A stretch of 64,000 nt of DNA, from contig NC_043003.1 in the NCBI RefSeq assembly GCF_006345805.1, positions 90,334,001-90,398,000 on the forward strand. Reading direction: 5' to 3'. The position numbers and the translations under genes are program-made. This DNA comes from Octopus sinensis (taxonomy: Eukaryota). The notes under the pieces were generated by a model that was not told where the DNA came from, ran no database searches, and was given only the letters and a program-made list of their open reading frames with translations. Shown in pieces: positions 14,327 to 27,423 of this stretch; the stretch's first letter is position 1; the number at the start of each line of letters is the position of its first letter.

Positions 14327-15745
14327 TCCTCACAAGACTTCAGAAATCTTGAGCTAATGTGAAGTAATTAATTTTTTTTTTTTGTCAGTTGAACTGAAAG
14401 TAGATAAAGCTATGATAATAGCGCATAAATATTTGGCTGAAGAATGTGTTGGATAGAAAATGTCAAACAAACGTGGCTGTGTTCTGTCGGGCAGCTTTTG
14501 ACCTTTTTCTATGCAAAATATTTTTAAACCCAATATTTACATCTTCACCTACACACATATATGCATAGCTTTATATGGTGTTATCAATCACAGTATTTTA
14601 TAATAACAAAAGAATCGCATGATGTAATTGAGTCGGAATCAATACTCATTGTCAGTGGTTTTGGAAATGTTGCAAGTCTTGGGTCTGGTAGGATCCCACA
14701 ATGTTTAGTGTGCATGCATGAAGGGTCCATTCTGACAAATATGGCCATGTTGTATGTGTGGCATATTAGTAAATACATTGGTATTAGAAACATGGGTTGA
14801 AGTCTTAGGCAGTAAAATTTTGTCCTTTTTCATCTGCTTTTATTTTAGGTCTATTCTTGTTTAAATGTAAGCAGACATATCTTTCATTAACCATCAAATA
14901 TTTAATTCATGGTCTATAAATTTAAGTTGTTGATTTAGGTTATCAGTTCCACTACTTTTATGGTATTTATTTTAGAAACTTTGTAAGGTCTGCTGGCAAA
15001 GTTGACTTGGATGTAAAGGGATTCACAACTGGATTGGAATCGAGTACCACAAGCTATTCCTGTTTGATACACTGATTTTGTCACTTCTCACTGACACACA
15101 TGCACCCACACACTTATATCACACAAGTTCAATACAGACTCTGTTTATTGAATTACAAGTCTCAGGCAGAAGATACCTGTTCAATGTGGTGCACAGTAAA
15201 ATTGAACCTGACACTACATAATTGCAAAGGAGACTTCTTAATGACACAGCCATACCTGTGATCCATGTATATACATAATATGCTCACACACGCACACATC
15301 TAAGCATAACATTTCATATAACCTTCACGTTAGAAAAATCTTAATTTTTCTCTTGAGTTTTAAGCAGAAGATTGTTAAAGCTGTTTGACTTGTTTATGTT
15401 TCAAATGGGTTAATTTTAAGTTTTGTACTTATTCGTGACTGTTTCTTTTTCAAACTATCCCAAATCCCATGAGAAAGCATTTATGTAATAATAATAATAA
15501 TAATAATAGTAACAATAGTTATAATAATAATAATAGAAATTGTATTTTATCCGAATTACTATTGTACAGTCTATTGAAAAAATAATTATATTTTCACACA
15601 AACTTGTTTGTTGTTACTTCCCATATTTTTAAATATAAGTTTGGGACTGTCAATGTTGAAGTCTTAAAAATGAAAATTACTTTTCATTTCTAATATTACG
15701 GCTAATAATCTATTACTAACAACTCATTTCAGAATTTTATATTAA

Positions 15746-16111
15746 CCCTTTAGCATTTAAAGTGACCTTGTTAAACCCCAAATAGTTTCCTTGTACTATG
15801 TTCAGTCAAAATCCAACTTCTCTCTCTCTCTCCTTTCCTACCATGTCATTCTGAAAAATGAACTATTACATCATTGAAATCTTGAAGCTACATGATCAAT
15901 TGAAAACAATGTGAATGCGTAAGCGTTACATTTGACAGAGTAATTGACAGGCGCAGGAGTGGCTGTGTGGTAAGTAGCTTGCTAACCAACCACATGGTTG
16001 CAGGTTCAGTCCCACTGCGTGGCATCTTGGACAAGTGTCTTCTGCTATAGCCCCGGGCCGACCAATGCCTTGTGAGTGGATTTGGTAGACGGAAACTGAA
16101 AGAATCCTGTC

Positions 16112-16171
<60 letters not shown>

Positions 16172-16397
16172 GTGTGTCTGTGTTTGTCCCCCTAGCATTG
16201 CTTGACAACCGATGCTGGTATGTTTATGTCCCCGTCACTTAGTGGTTTGGCAAAAGAGACCGATAGAATAAGTACTGGGCTTACAAAGAATAAGTCCCGG
16301 GGTCGATTTGTTCGACTAAAGGCGGTGCTCCAGCATGGCCGCAGTCAAATGACTGAAACACGTAAAAGAGTAAAGAGAGTAATCAATGTTTAAAGGG
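15746..16397 (+). mobile_element. piggyBac-type MITE split by a SINE
   Basis: TTAA-ccctttagc start and aaaggg-ttca end; the internal sequence matches the uninterrupted copy at ~42560-42780. Confidence 0.7.
15945..16375 (+). mobile_element. SINE family A, full length, CR1-type tail
   Basis: A box tggctgtgtgg, B box ggttcagtccc, internal (TA)n(TG)n; 8-bp TSD agagtaat at 15937-15944 and 16376-16383. Confidence 0.92.
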
Positions 16398-18083
16398 TTC
16401 AACTTGCAGGCATCTTGTGTAATTAGGAAGTTCACTTTGCAATCCACATGATTTTTGGTTCAATCCGAGTGTATCATTTTTGGCAAATGTCGTCATTTGA
16501 CATTTAGCCTTCAGTTGACCAATACCTTATTAGTGAAAGTTGGTTGACAGAAACTATATGGAAGTTCATAAGTGTGTGTGTGTGATCAATACCAACTTTT
16601 CTATGCTTGTATATGTTGGACTGAATTTATTGAGGCAATTTTTCTGTGTGTGTGAATGCATCTCTTACATGTTTCCAAGTAAGGTAATATTTCCCCATGA
16701 TCTGACATGTTTTCCAGAATATTTGAAATGAATACCATTCTACTTCAACCTTGGGCTTTGGTTAGTCCAAGGCTGTAGTAGAAGTCACTTCACAAAGATC
16801 ACTTGCAGTAGGACTGAACCCAAAACCACACAGCCATGCCTGCACCTGTGTGTATGTGTGTCTTCTTGAGCCTTTGCAAATGCAGTAGTGTTGTTTATAT
16901 TCTCTATAAACAATGTGTTCTGTTTAGTGGTTTGACATGCAAAAATGTGGAATAAAGTCTCTTGAAAACAACTAAGGGTTGGCATTAAGAAAGGTATTCA
17001 GCTATAGGCTACTGCTTTAATAAGTCTTGTCCAATGCATACCAGCATGGAAATAGCAAATGTAAAAATAATGATCAGATGATGATGTTTGAAATGTTGAT
17101 AATTCCAGTTCTTATTGGGACTGTGAGATATGGATTTTCATTGAACATTTAAATAGATCAATCAAATGGTATGACAGTGGCCACAAGAATTTAGTAGTTA
17201 TTTTTAGCATGCTGTCTGCAGTTGCAAATATTTGCAAGAATTGTTAGTGTTAGTGTTTTTGTAGTTTGTTGGAGGCTGTTTTCTCTAAACTAACTGCTCA
17301 TCTTTGAAGTGTGACTAGTATTTTTGATTGATATATATCTTTTGTGAATGGATAATAGATGTACAGGCAAAGAATATATACATATTTTAGTATCATAAAT
17401 ATTTCATTTTCAAAGATCTCTACTTCTGATAGCTAAATAATCTGATGACAAGTTGTCTGAACACCAAGAATTAGAAAAACTTCAATTTAGAGTTTTCTCA
17501 ATATGTCACATGCCTTTATGCAAGATGTATTTAATTAAATTAATTATTTTCTGTGCCCCTGTCTATTAGATAGATATTAACCTTGTTTTTAAGATACTGG
17601 TTGGTGTTAGAATAGAGTATGTAGCTATAAAGACCTGTTTTATATTAATATCTATCTATATATGTATATAAATGCATATGTATGTGTCTATCTATCTGTC
17701 TGTCAAATGATTGAAACAAGTAAAAGAAAAAAAAAAAAGATTGTTTTTTCATAAACTTGTGATCCACTCAACTTGATGTGCACTTTGTTGTCTTCATGGT
17801 TTATTCCATACTCAGTTTCTTATGTTGAACTGGCTAGACAGTGCAGAGCGAGGCAGTCTGTCTCAGTAGCCATTAAGTTTCTGCAATTAAAATAATTACT
17901 GTAGCATCCATGACAAGTGCTGCCTTTAGCTGTGAACTTTGAAAATATTAATATTCAATACTTTCAAAAATAAGTCAGTTTTTGCAGTTTGACTTTCAAT
18001 AGCAATGAACACAAAACAATCAAACTGACTATAACTGCTTTACAGGACAGGCACACACATACGAACATTCATACTTATATATT

Positions 18084-18329
18084 CATCATCATCATTTAAT
18101 GTCTACATTTCTATACTTGCACGGGTTGGACAGAATTTATTGAGGCAAATTTTCTGTGGCATGATGGTCTTCCTGTTGCCAACCCTCATGTTTCCAAGCA
18201 AAGCCAGATATGTTCTTGTAGAATATTGGAAATGAATGATACTGCTTGTATGAGAGTGAAAATTATTTTACAATTATCATGTGATGTCCAGATAAGGAGA
18301 CATGAACATGTGCATGCATGTGTGCACTT

Positions 18330-18361
<32 letters not shown>

Positions 18362-18495
18362 CCGTTTCTGTTTACCAAATTCACTTACAGGGGTTTGGTT
18401 AGCTTGGGTCAAAAATCAGAGATACTTGCCCAAGGTATCATGCAGTGGGACTGAACCTGGAACCATGTAGTTGGAAAGCAAACTTCTTACCACAA
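18084..18495 (-). mobile_element. SINE family A with RTE-type tail
   Basis: Family A head at the right end, (CA)n middle, and a (GAT)n RTE-like tail at the left end. Confidence 0.75.
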
Positions 18496-20005
18496 AACCT
18501 ATATTGTTATTTATATTGTTATTGCACCCATATTGTTAAACATTAATGAAATTGTATGCAAGTGATTTAGCTTTCTTTTCATAGACAAAGTATATATTGG
18601 TTCTGAGAAAAACTTATCAATTTCTACAAAATCTAAATATAATGGAAGTTCAATAAAAGTCATGCATTTGAAAGTCTGAGGTGTATGAAATTTGAACAGA
18701 TGACTCTTGAGGACTTCTTGTATATAAGCACAAAGCTACCATTTCATATAACACATATAGAACAAAGGGTGATTTGAATGTAAGAATTTTGAGGACTACC
18801 TGTATGCACACATACACAACTATTTCATTCTACACACACACACACCTATAGTAGAGCTCAGCATACTCCTCTGGTTTGTTGTATCCTCTCAAACCTTCGA
18901 ATCTATGCCAGACATTGAATAATAATGATTATAATCATGAATCTTGAAGAGTGCCTGTGTACATAGACACAAAACTATCTCATTCTACACGCATAAGTGG
19001 AAATAGAAATTGTACAAAGAATCATAAGGGCTGCATGTATTTTGTTTTTATATTAGGCATCTTAGAGCATATTGTGAAAAAAGATCTTATTAACCTAGTC
19101 CCATTATTATACTGTTTTGTGCCCCTGTTTTTGCTATCATTAATTTTGTTGATTATGTCCTTTAAGATGTAAGTACTTCACCAATGTATTGCATTGACCT
19201 GCTACTATTACCATTCATCTTTTGTTTCTTTTTTTCTAATTCCATCACCTATCATGCAGCCCTTTGTTCTAAGTACTACTGGCCAAAGGAAATTTCTCTC
19301 TTTAAGATTTCCATATCAATACCTTGATTAGTTATGTCCTCCACTGCTTCAATCTTGAAATGAACCAATGAGGGAATCTATGTGGTTACATGTACTATTA
19401 GAAATAGAGATCAAATCTTCCTCAAATTGAACACTACTGTCTTAAAACAGGAAAGATACATTGGCTAATGTAGCCTGAGCGGGGTACACAGTGTCCAAAA
19501 AAATATGAAATGGTTGTGACTGGACTAACATTAATCAGGGTTCTGACCGGATCATGCCATTGTCCTTTTTTTTTTTTATAGAGAACTTAATCTGTCTTTT
19601 TTCCTGTCCCTCTGATGGTACTTGACTAGCTGAAAGTACTTTACATCAGTACACAGTTTACCATTGAAAATTAAAGGAGTTTGTTTCTAGGATTTTATTT
19701 AGGCTTCAAAAAAGTCTCCTAGTTTAATGGACTAATTTTATGTGGGATGTAGTTTGCTATTTTTTCAAGGGATATAATTTCTGCTGGTGGTAATGATGAA
19801 TGTGTGTGCATTTTGTTATTGAAGGTAATGAAGTAGTATCCTGTAGAATGTGAAATTTAGCACCTGATATTGTGTAACCCCTAAGTGACTGTAATGGAAG
19901 CTTTGAGATTATCATCACTAAACCTAACTCAACTGCCATATCATACTTAAAACTAGACACTCCTACCCATTTCTATTATGAAAGCTATAATATCAAGGTT
20001 TATAA

Positions 20006-20162
20006 CCCTTTTGTTTCCATATTTCTATCTTTGTTTAAATTAAGGTGGTGTTTGGGACATAAATTAACATTTTGACTGAAGGTTTTAACTGAGACCTCTT
20101 TAAGATAGGATATTTGTATCATAGGACCAATGGCAGTCATGGGAAGGTTGGTATCAAAAGGG
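20006..20162. mobile_element. piggyBac-type MITE
   Basis: ataa-ccctttt ... aaaaggg-TTAA termini. Confidence 0.65.
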
Positions 20163-22046
20163 TTAACTATTTAATCTCTCTTCATTATGCACCAAGCTAA
20201 ATTTGTAGGTAAGCAGGTATTGTTTGAATTGTTTACAAATGTAAATTTATCAGTCTCTGAATATAAGCAACAATAGTGGTCTTTATGGGATTTGAACTCA
20301 AACTGTAGAAGATCGAAACTCTATATTTCAGGGCTTTTAGTCTAATGCTCTATCATTAGTACCCCATTAATAGAAATGAGTTACATGTTAATGAGTTAAT
20401 ACCTTGATGTTGGAATAATTATAAATTTTTTTGTTTTAATATATATATATTTCAATTGTAATAATTTCAATATTAAGGTTTACATAGTTCCTGTATCATT
20501 AGCTGTTTAAATGGGATAATGATGCCATCATGTAACTGGTAAGATTTCATTCCTTGCATCTAAAATGTAACTTTACACTTATAAGGTCATGTTTAGTGTT
20601 AAAGAGAGTTGGTAAACCAGCTCCTGACAGCTTGACCTTAAGGTGATAAGATACAGAATAATTTTCAGGTTTACACCCCCTTCCTTGGAGTGGGGTGTGT
20701 GTGACTTATATGGTGGGAAATATAATATCTGGTTTATTCCTTTTGAAAGTTATATTCTCTTGTAAATATTTGCAGCATTTTTTGGAGGCTTCATGTCTTG
20801 TTTTAATTTAAATTTAAACTTCTTTTAACAGTTATTAAAATAATATATAGCAGTGGTTTTATGTTTATTTATTTTAACCCTTTCATGGCCACATCTCTTA
20901 TGAAATACACTGCTTGTGCATGTCAATTCATTTCAAAAATAATTAAGAAATTGGAAGAATTTAGTAAAATAAGTTTTTCATTGTCAAGCTGGTGTTTGGA
21001 ATATAAAATAATTTAACATAAAATCTATGTTGGAAAGTTTTAATTTAAACATGAACACTTTGAAATGAAAGGTTTTCTTTTACAGAATGGGGGTGGGTGG
21101 GTGGATTGGTTGGTGGAAGTGTTAAATGAGTGTTTTGGGAGTTGGTGTCAAACATATGAGAATTGGTGTTATATGAGTTAAACAGTGTTTTGGAGTGGTA
21201 CACATAAAACGCAGTCTAGTCCAACATCCCCACTTGGTTTTCAGGAGAGTTTGTACTAATTTAAGCATTTGAGGGAAACAAATCCCTCCCTTTTCTCTAC
21301 TCTTGGTTCCCTTCCTCCTTATGTTTTTTCCTGCAGATATTCAGGTTGGTTATTAACCATTTCAATCTCCCCAATGTGAGAAGCTTTACAAAGGTCATAA
21401 GCATTATCCTTTCCCACTTCTCTTCTAACTAATCTAAAACTATAAAAGAGAGTGTGTGTTTGTGTGCGTGCATGTTCCTTTTGCATTTCCAAAATCGAGT
21501 TGCCAATTTTGATATAAGAGGTATCAAAAGATTAAGTAAGCTTTTGGCTATCAACTAAATATATGAGTGTGTTTGCATGTTGTTACCTACGTTAGGCTGA
21601 TGACTGACAAGTATATGTGTGTGACAGTGTATATGTCTGTCAGTATGCATACATTTTTGTGATAACTGCTGTTTTCAATATTATCAATTCTATGATTGTG
21701 TTTGTGTTTTTCTGCATTCATTATGTCTATAGTAAACTATAAAGAACATTTTATGCTGTTTTAATGAGCCTACATCTAATGAAGTAGCCATCTTTATAGT
21801 TGGTGATCTCATTGAAAATCATGATATTCTCATGTGTTCAACATAACAAACTTAAATGTGTTTCATAGACTTGACCCTCTTATGATTCTTTCCAGTATAA
21901 TCTTATTCTGTGGAATGGACAAGATGGATATTAATTCAATATTCCTCGAATTGAACATGCTACAGGATAGCTAATTACAAACAAAAGGGTGTCGTCAAAT
22001 GACTTCTATTCTTACCAACTAATGTTTAGACCAGAACAATCAAATC

Positions 22047-22261
22047 CTTTCTACTATAGACACAAGGCCTGAAATTTTGGAGGAGGGGAACAGTCAATTA
22101 CATTGACTCCCACTGTCTCACTGGTACTTAATTTATCAACCCCGAAACGATGAAAAGCAAACTTGACCCCTGCAGCATTTGAACTCAGAACATAAAGACA
22201 GGCGAAATACTGCTCAAGCATTTTGCTGAACATGCTAATGATTCTGCCAGCTCGCCACCTT
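22047..22261 (-). mobile_element. SINE family B
   Basis: Family B head; 16-bp TSD ccagaacaatcaaatc at 22031-22046 and 22262-22277. Confidence 0.88.
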
Positions 22262-22981
22262 CCAGAACAATCAAATCAATTACACATGTCAAATAAACTT
22301 TATTTTCATTTACACATTTTCTATGTTATCTCAATAACCAGCTATAGTTATTTCAAATACACTTCTCTACAATGACCAGGTTTCATTACAAAATGAAAAT
22401 AGTTTCACACTTTCAATTTGAACCAAAATTACAAAGTATTGCATTACGAGACTGACGTTGTGTGAATAATGAAAGTAATGTTTCTCTGAACTATTCATAT
22501 GTGTATTATGATAAAGAAAGCTGCTTATTATCTATCTATCAAATAAACTATGTTTTTGACTCAACAACTCTTTTTTACAACTAAAATAACCTCTGCAACT
22601 AGGTTGGGTCGCACAATTTTGAGGTCATTTTAGGATAATATTTTCATTTTCTTCTAATGTGTCACTTTCGTCTGATTTTTCACACATGCATAGAATTCTA
22701 CTTAGACAAACATTTATGAAAATGTACACATAAATATTGTATTAAAATAAGTCACAACCAAAAAAATTGCATTAAAGGATATTCTTTTTTCTATATTTAT
22801 GAGGAAATACAACCTCACTCTCTTTCTCTCTCTCATGCACAAAAAGGATGTAAGCTTATGTATTTATGGGCAAAGATCAACAATACATACTCCCGGTGTT
22901 TAGGGTTAGGGTTATGCCGAAAACGGGTGGTGTGCATATTCTTTACCTCTGCCTATTTATGTACATGTATATGAAAGATAA

Positions 22982-23023
<42 letters not shown>

Positions 23024-24148
23024 TGCCACTTGCACATACATGTAATTAAAAATGAAATTGTACAATGTGAACTATGAAATTTTTAATTCTTATTATACTT
23101 ATTATTTGTGTGTATGTCTCTGTGAAAATGTTAGTAGCAAGGAAAGTTAATATAATTTGCTTCTATGCTATATTTAGTCACTTTAGATGTGATGACTTTT
23201 AGCTGTACTAAAGTTCAAACCTGATGTTAATTAAATTTGTGGACTACTAGAATCCCTTCATGTAAACTTTACTTTCAAAAGTTCATTCCTAGATTAGTAC
23301 TGATATATATTATTTTACCAATCACCCTGACAATGACCACCACCATCACCAATCCCTGAAATTCATTGTAGCAGCTGTATAAACAAATGCCAGCTGTATA
23401 TTTATAGCAGTTAGTGCCAGCTCCAGTTTGAATATATGCTGAATGGGACTAAGCAAATCTGCCTAACAATGTTTTTAAAAGCTGCATTAATGATTATAAT
23501 TTGCCAGCATCTTTGAGAATTATAGTAGTGGATGGCCACTTTTTTATTTTTGTAACTTATTGACTGATCTGAATAGTGGCCTATGGAACACCACTCTGAT
23601 AGTTGTGCAAAGTTCTTGACCTCTGATTTACCACCACTGTCAGGGAGAAGGGAATAGCAGGCCTCTGTTAAGGTCTTTTCGTTTTAGTTATTACTCCAGA
23701 AAATTACTGAAGGCAGTGACTCCAGTAAAATTATTTGACCTTTGGGCATAAATTGATGTCAACAGAAACCTCAAAATAAAAAGTAAGTTCTTTATTTGTA
23801 TCTTGCAAATAAACTTGTTAAGTTATTTTGGGACCAGCGATATTAACAGTTTTGGCAGGAGAATATCTATAATTGGTTAAATTGACATTATTTTATCACT
23901 GGTTTTCTATAGAGATGGATAAAAGGCAAATTTGACCCAGGTAAGATTTTGAACACAAAATTAAAATGGTTGAAACTCAATATTCTATTGTTTCTGACAA
24001 ACTTACTGTTAATCTCTTAAAAATAAAATCAAGTCTCCTCCCTCTCCTTTGGCAACTTGGAATCTTTATTGGTAACAGATTTTTTATTAAATATTTTTCT
24101 ATTAGCTTTTGGTAGAATGCCTTTCAGGTAAATGGTGGCCATTCATCA

Positions 24149-24461
24149 AGTAAAAACATTTTCTTTTTACTAGATGAATGGCCACGGAACAGCTTGCTCA
24201 TGAAATTAACATGCAAGTGGCTGAGCAATCCACAGACATGCACACCTTTAATATAATTCTCAGAGAGATTCAGTGTGAAACAAAATGTGACAAGGCTGCC
24301 ACCCCCCTTTGAAATACAGGTACTACTCATTATTGCCAGCTGTGTGGACTGGAGCAACATGAAATAAAGTGCCTTGCTCAAGGATACACGTGTTGCCAGA
24401 AATCACACTCACAACCTTATGATCGTGAGCCAAATACCCTAACCACGAAGCCATGCACCTT
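24149..24461 (-). mobile_element. SINE family C
   Basis: Aligns with 6942-7268; probable 9-bp TSD cattcatca at 24140-24148 and 24462-24470. Confidence 0.8.
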
Positions 24462-24480
24462 CATTCATCATAAGTTTAAC

Positions 24481-24912
24481 CCTTTTGCTACCAACCCACA
24501 TGAAACTGCCTTTACTTCTATGATATAAACTAGCTGTTTTAAAGAAATCTAAATTTAAATCTGTCTTTAAAATTTCATGTTTATTGTTCTGAACAGCTTT
24601 CATTACCATATTTCTTTTGAAATAACACTTCATTTTTTCTTTTTTCAATTAATTTTGAAAATAATGAAGAATTTAGTAAAAATAAGTTAGGCATTATCAA
24701 GTTAATGTTTGGGACATGACTTGAAATTTTGATTGAAGATTTTATTTTAGATTTTTTAAAATAGGAAGTTTGTATTACAAGAGCAGTGACAGTCTTAGGC
24801 AAGTTGGTACCAGAAGGGTTATGACTAAGTTATTTTACTAAATTCTTCATGATTTTCAGAATTTATTGAAACAAAGGCAGTGCATCTTAAAGATATGGCA
24901 ATAAAACCCGTA
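24481..24912. mobile_element. Two nested piggyBac-type MITEs in opposite orientation
   Basis: The outer copy starts TTAA-cccttttgctacc. The inner copy runs ~24597-24820 and ends agaaggg-ttat, after which outer sequence resumes. Confidence 0.6.
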
Positions 24913-25089
24913 ACCCATTATTTTTTCAGGGCTTCTGAAGGTAATGGGGGATAGGGAGGAAGTTATCCTCAAATCAGAGACATGGCCAAAGTTCTTGCTA
25001 CAAAGTGAATTGGGCTAAAGACATCCAAAGACCAAGTAGGGGTATTAAACTTAGTGGTCAATTAAGTTGATCATCCAAGAGTTGCTTAA

Positions 25090-25295
25090 TATGTGGCAAC
25101 AAATAACCTATATGTTGTGTAACAATATAAGTAAAATAGCCCATGTCTTGCTTAGTGGTATATGGCAAATAACCCAAATGTTGCCTCATGTTATATGGCA
25201 AATAACCCACATGTAGCCTAATAATATATGGCAAGTAACCAGCATATGGTCTAATAATATATGGTATGTAGCTAACGTGTGGTCTAATACTGTAT
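25090..25295. repeat. 33-bp minisatellite, about 6 degenerate units
   Basis: tatgg anchors at 25161, 25194, 25227 and 25260 give period 33. Confidence 0.85.
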
Positions 25296-25296
25296 G

Positions 25297-25586
25297 CATG
25301 TATCAAACATCCTTTTTATTCCCTACCACTTTGAACAGATAATTTTAAAATTTTATTAAATATAAATTTCACTTACAAATTCAGAGCTAGCCACATAGCA
25401 ACATGTTGATTAATATTATGTGGCAAGCAACCTACATGTGGCCTAATAGTATATGGCAAGTAGCCTGTGTTGCCAAATGATGTTGCCATATGGCTTGCTC
25501 TGAATTTGTAAATGAAATTTATTTATAATAAAACTAAATAATTATTTGTTCAGTGGTAGGGAATAAAAAATGATGTTTGGTACATG
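25297..25586. repeat. Foldback / inverted repeat with ~107-bp arms
   Basis: 25297-25404 is the reverse complement of 25480-25586 with scattered mismatches. Confidence 0.85.
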
Positions 25587-25852
25587 ACTACAGAATTGTA
25601 AGTCAAAATCATTCAGTCTCTCATTTAATAGAAATATTTTAGACATACTATTTTCTGAAAGTTTGCTATGGTTAAACAGTTGAACTTATTCTCTTTAGCA
25701 TTCATAATACTGATTTCATGTTAGATATATTAAAGTGTTCATGTAGAAATGACAAAAGTAATAATGGAAGGAGCTGGTGTCAAATATATAGCTTGCAGGC
25801 CAGGTTTGGCCCATGGCAATATTTTGTCTGGCCATTGACTCAATTTATGCTA

Positions 25853-27423
25853 ATTACTGCAGAGATGCTCAAAATATCTGGCAGTGTCGGCTATAGCCTA
25901 GTCACCCGTATAGTTAACCAGGTGATACACGAAGGAGTCATACCCAATGATTGGTGTAGCAGCATAATAATCAACTGCTATAAAGGTAAAGGTGACGCTT
26001 TAGATACAAATAATTACAGAGGTATCAAGCTGTTGGATCAGGTAATGAAGGTTACGGAGAGGGTCATAGCCCAACTGATTAGGGAGAGAGTCAGCTTGGA
26101 TGAGATGCAGTTTGGTTTCGTGCCAGGGAAAAGCACCACTGATGCCATATTTCTGGTGAGACAGCTGCAGGAGAAATACCTAGCCAAAGATAAGCCCCTG
26201 TACCTGGCTTTCGTTGACATGGAGAAAGCCTTCGACAGGGTCTCCCGATCCCTTATCTGGTGGTCAATGAGGAAACTAGGGATAGATGAATGGCTGGTGA
26301 GAGCTGTGCAAGCCATGTACAGGGATGCTGTAAGTAAGGTTAGGGTTGGCAACGTGTACACTGAAGAATTCAAGGTAGAGGTTGGGGTTCATCAGGGTTC
26401 AGTCCTCAGCCCCCTCCTATTTATCATAGTCCTCCAGGCAATTACGGAGGAATTCAAGACAGGATGCCCCTGGGAGCTCCTCTATGCTGATGACCTTGCT
26501 CTAATTGCTGAGTCACTATCAGAACTGGAGGAGAAGTTCCAGGTGTGGAAGGAGGGATTAGAATCGAGGGGCCTTAGAGTCAACCTAGCTAAAACCAAAG
26601 TCCTAATAAGTTGGAAGGTAGACAAACCACAAATGCCTTCAGGTACATGGCCCTGCTTGATCTGTGGAAAAGGCATAGGTAGAAACTCTATAAGATGTAC
26701 CCAGTGTAAGCTATGGACACATAAGAGGTGCAGCAATGTCAAAGGAAGGCTAACTGGGAAGATAGTTTTTGTATGTGGCAGATGCTCGGGAGCAATAAAC
26801 TCTGAAAATCTGCAGAAAACAACTTCCGTCACTTTCCAGGGGAAAAAACTAGAAGTAGTTGATAGCTTCTGTTATCTAGGTGACCAAGTCAGTAGTAGGT
26901 GTGGGTGTGCTGAAAGTGTAACTGCTAGAGTAAGAATAGCCTGGGCAAAGTTCAGGGAACTCCTACTTCTGCTGGTGACTAAAGGCCTCTAGCTCAGAGT
27001 AAAAGGCAGACTGTTGTGATCCCTGAGCCGGTGGCACATAAAAGCCTAGACTGGCTTCCATGCCAGTGGCACATAAAAAGCGCTATCCGAATCGTGGCCG
27101 ATACCAGCGGCGCCCTGACTGGCTTCCGTGCCGGTGGCACATAAAAAGCACCATCTGAATCGTGGCCGATGCCAGTGCCGCCTCGACTGGCTTCCATACC
27201 GGTGGCCGTTGCCAGCCTCGCCTGGCACCTGTGCAGGTGGCACGTAAAAAGCACCCACTACACTCACAGAGTGGTTGGCATTAAGAAGGGCATCCAGCTG
27301 TAGAAACACTGCCAGATCAGACTGGAGCCTGGTGCAGCCTTCTGGCTTCCCAGATCCCCGGTCGAACCGTCCGACCCATGCTAGCATGGAGAACGGACGT
27401 TAAACGATGATGATGATGATGAT
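25853..27423 (+). mobile_element. RTE-clade LINE, 5'-truncated: RT domain, embedded PHD-like finger, 3' UTR and (GAT)n tail
   Basis: Open RT frame: QFGFVPGKSTTDAIF, FVDMEKAFDRV, GVHQGSVLSPLLF, LYADDL. Stop at 26992 followed by a C-terminal deletion; the tail ends ggacgttaaacgatgatgat. Confidence 0.95.

Noticed and set aside
22900-22911. TTAGGG x2 telomeric motif
   Set aside because: Only two units, too short to call an interstitial telomere.
25718-25852. First ~45 codons of the 424-aa ORF
   Set aside because: Flanking AT-rich DNA that happens to be in frame. RT homology starts at about 25853, so this is not an intact gene.
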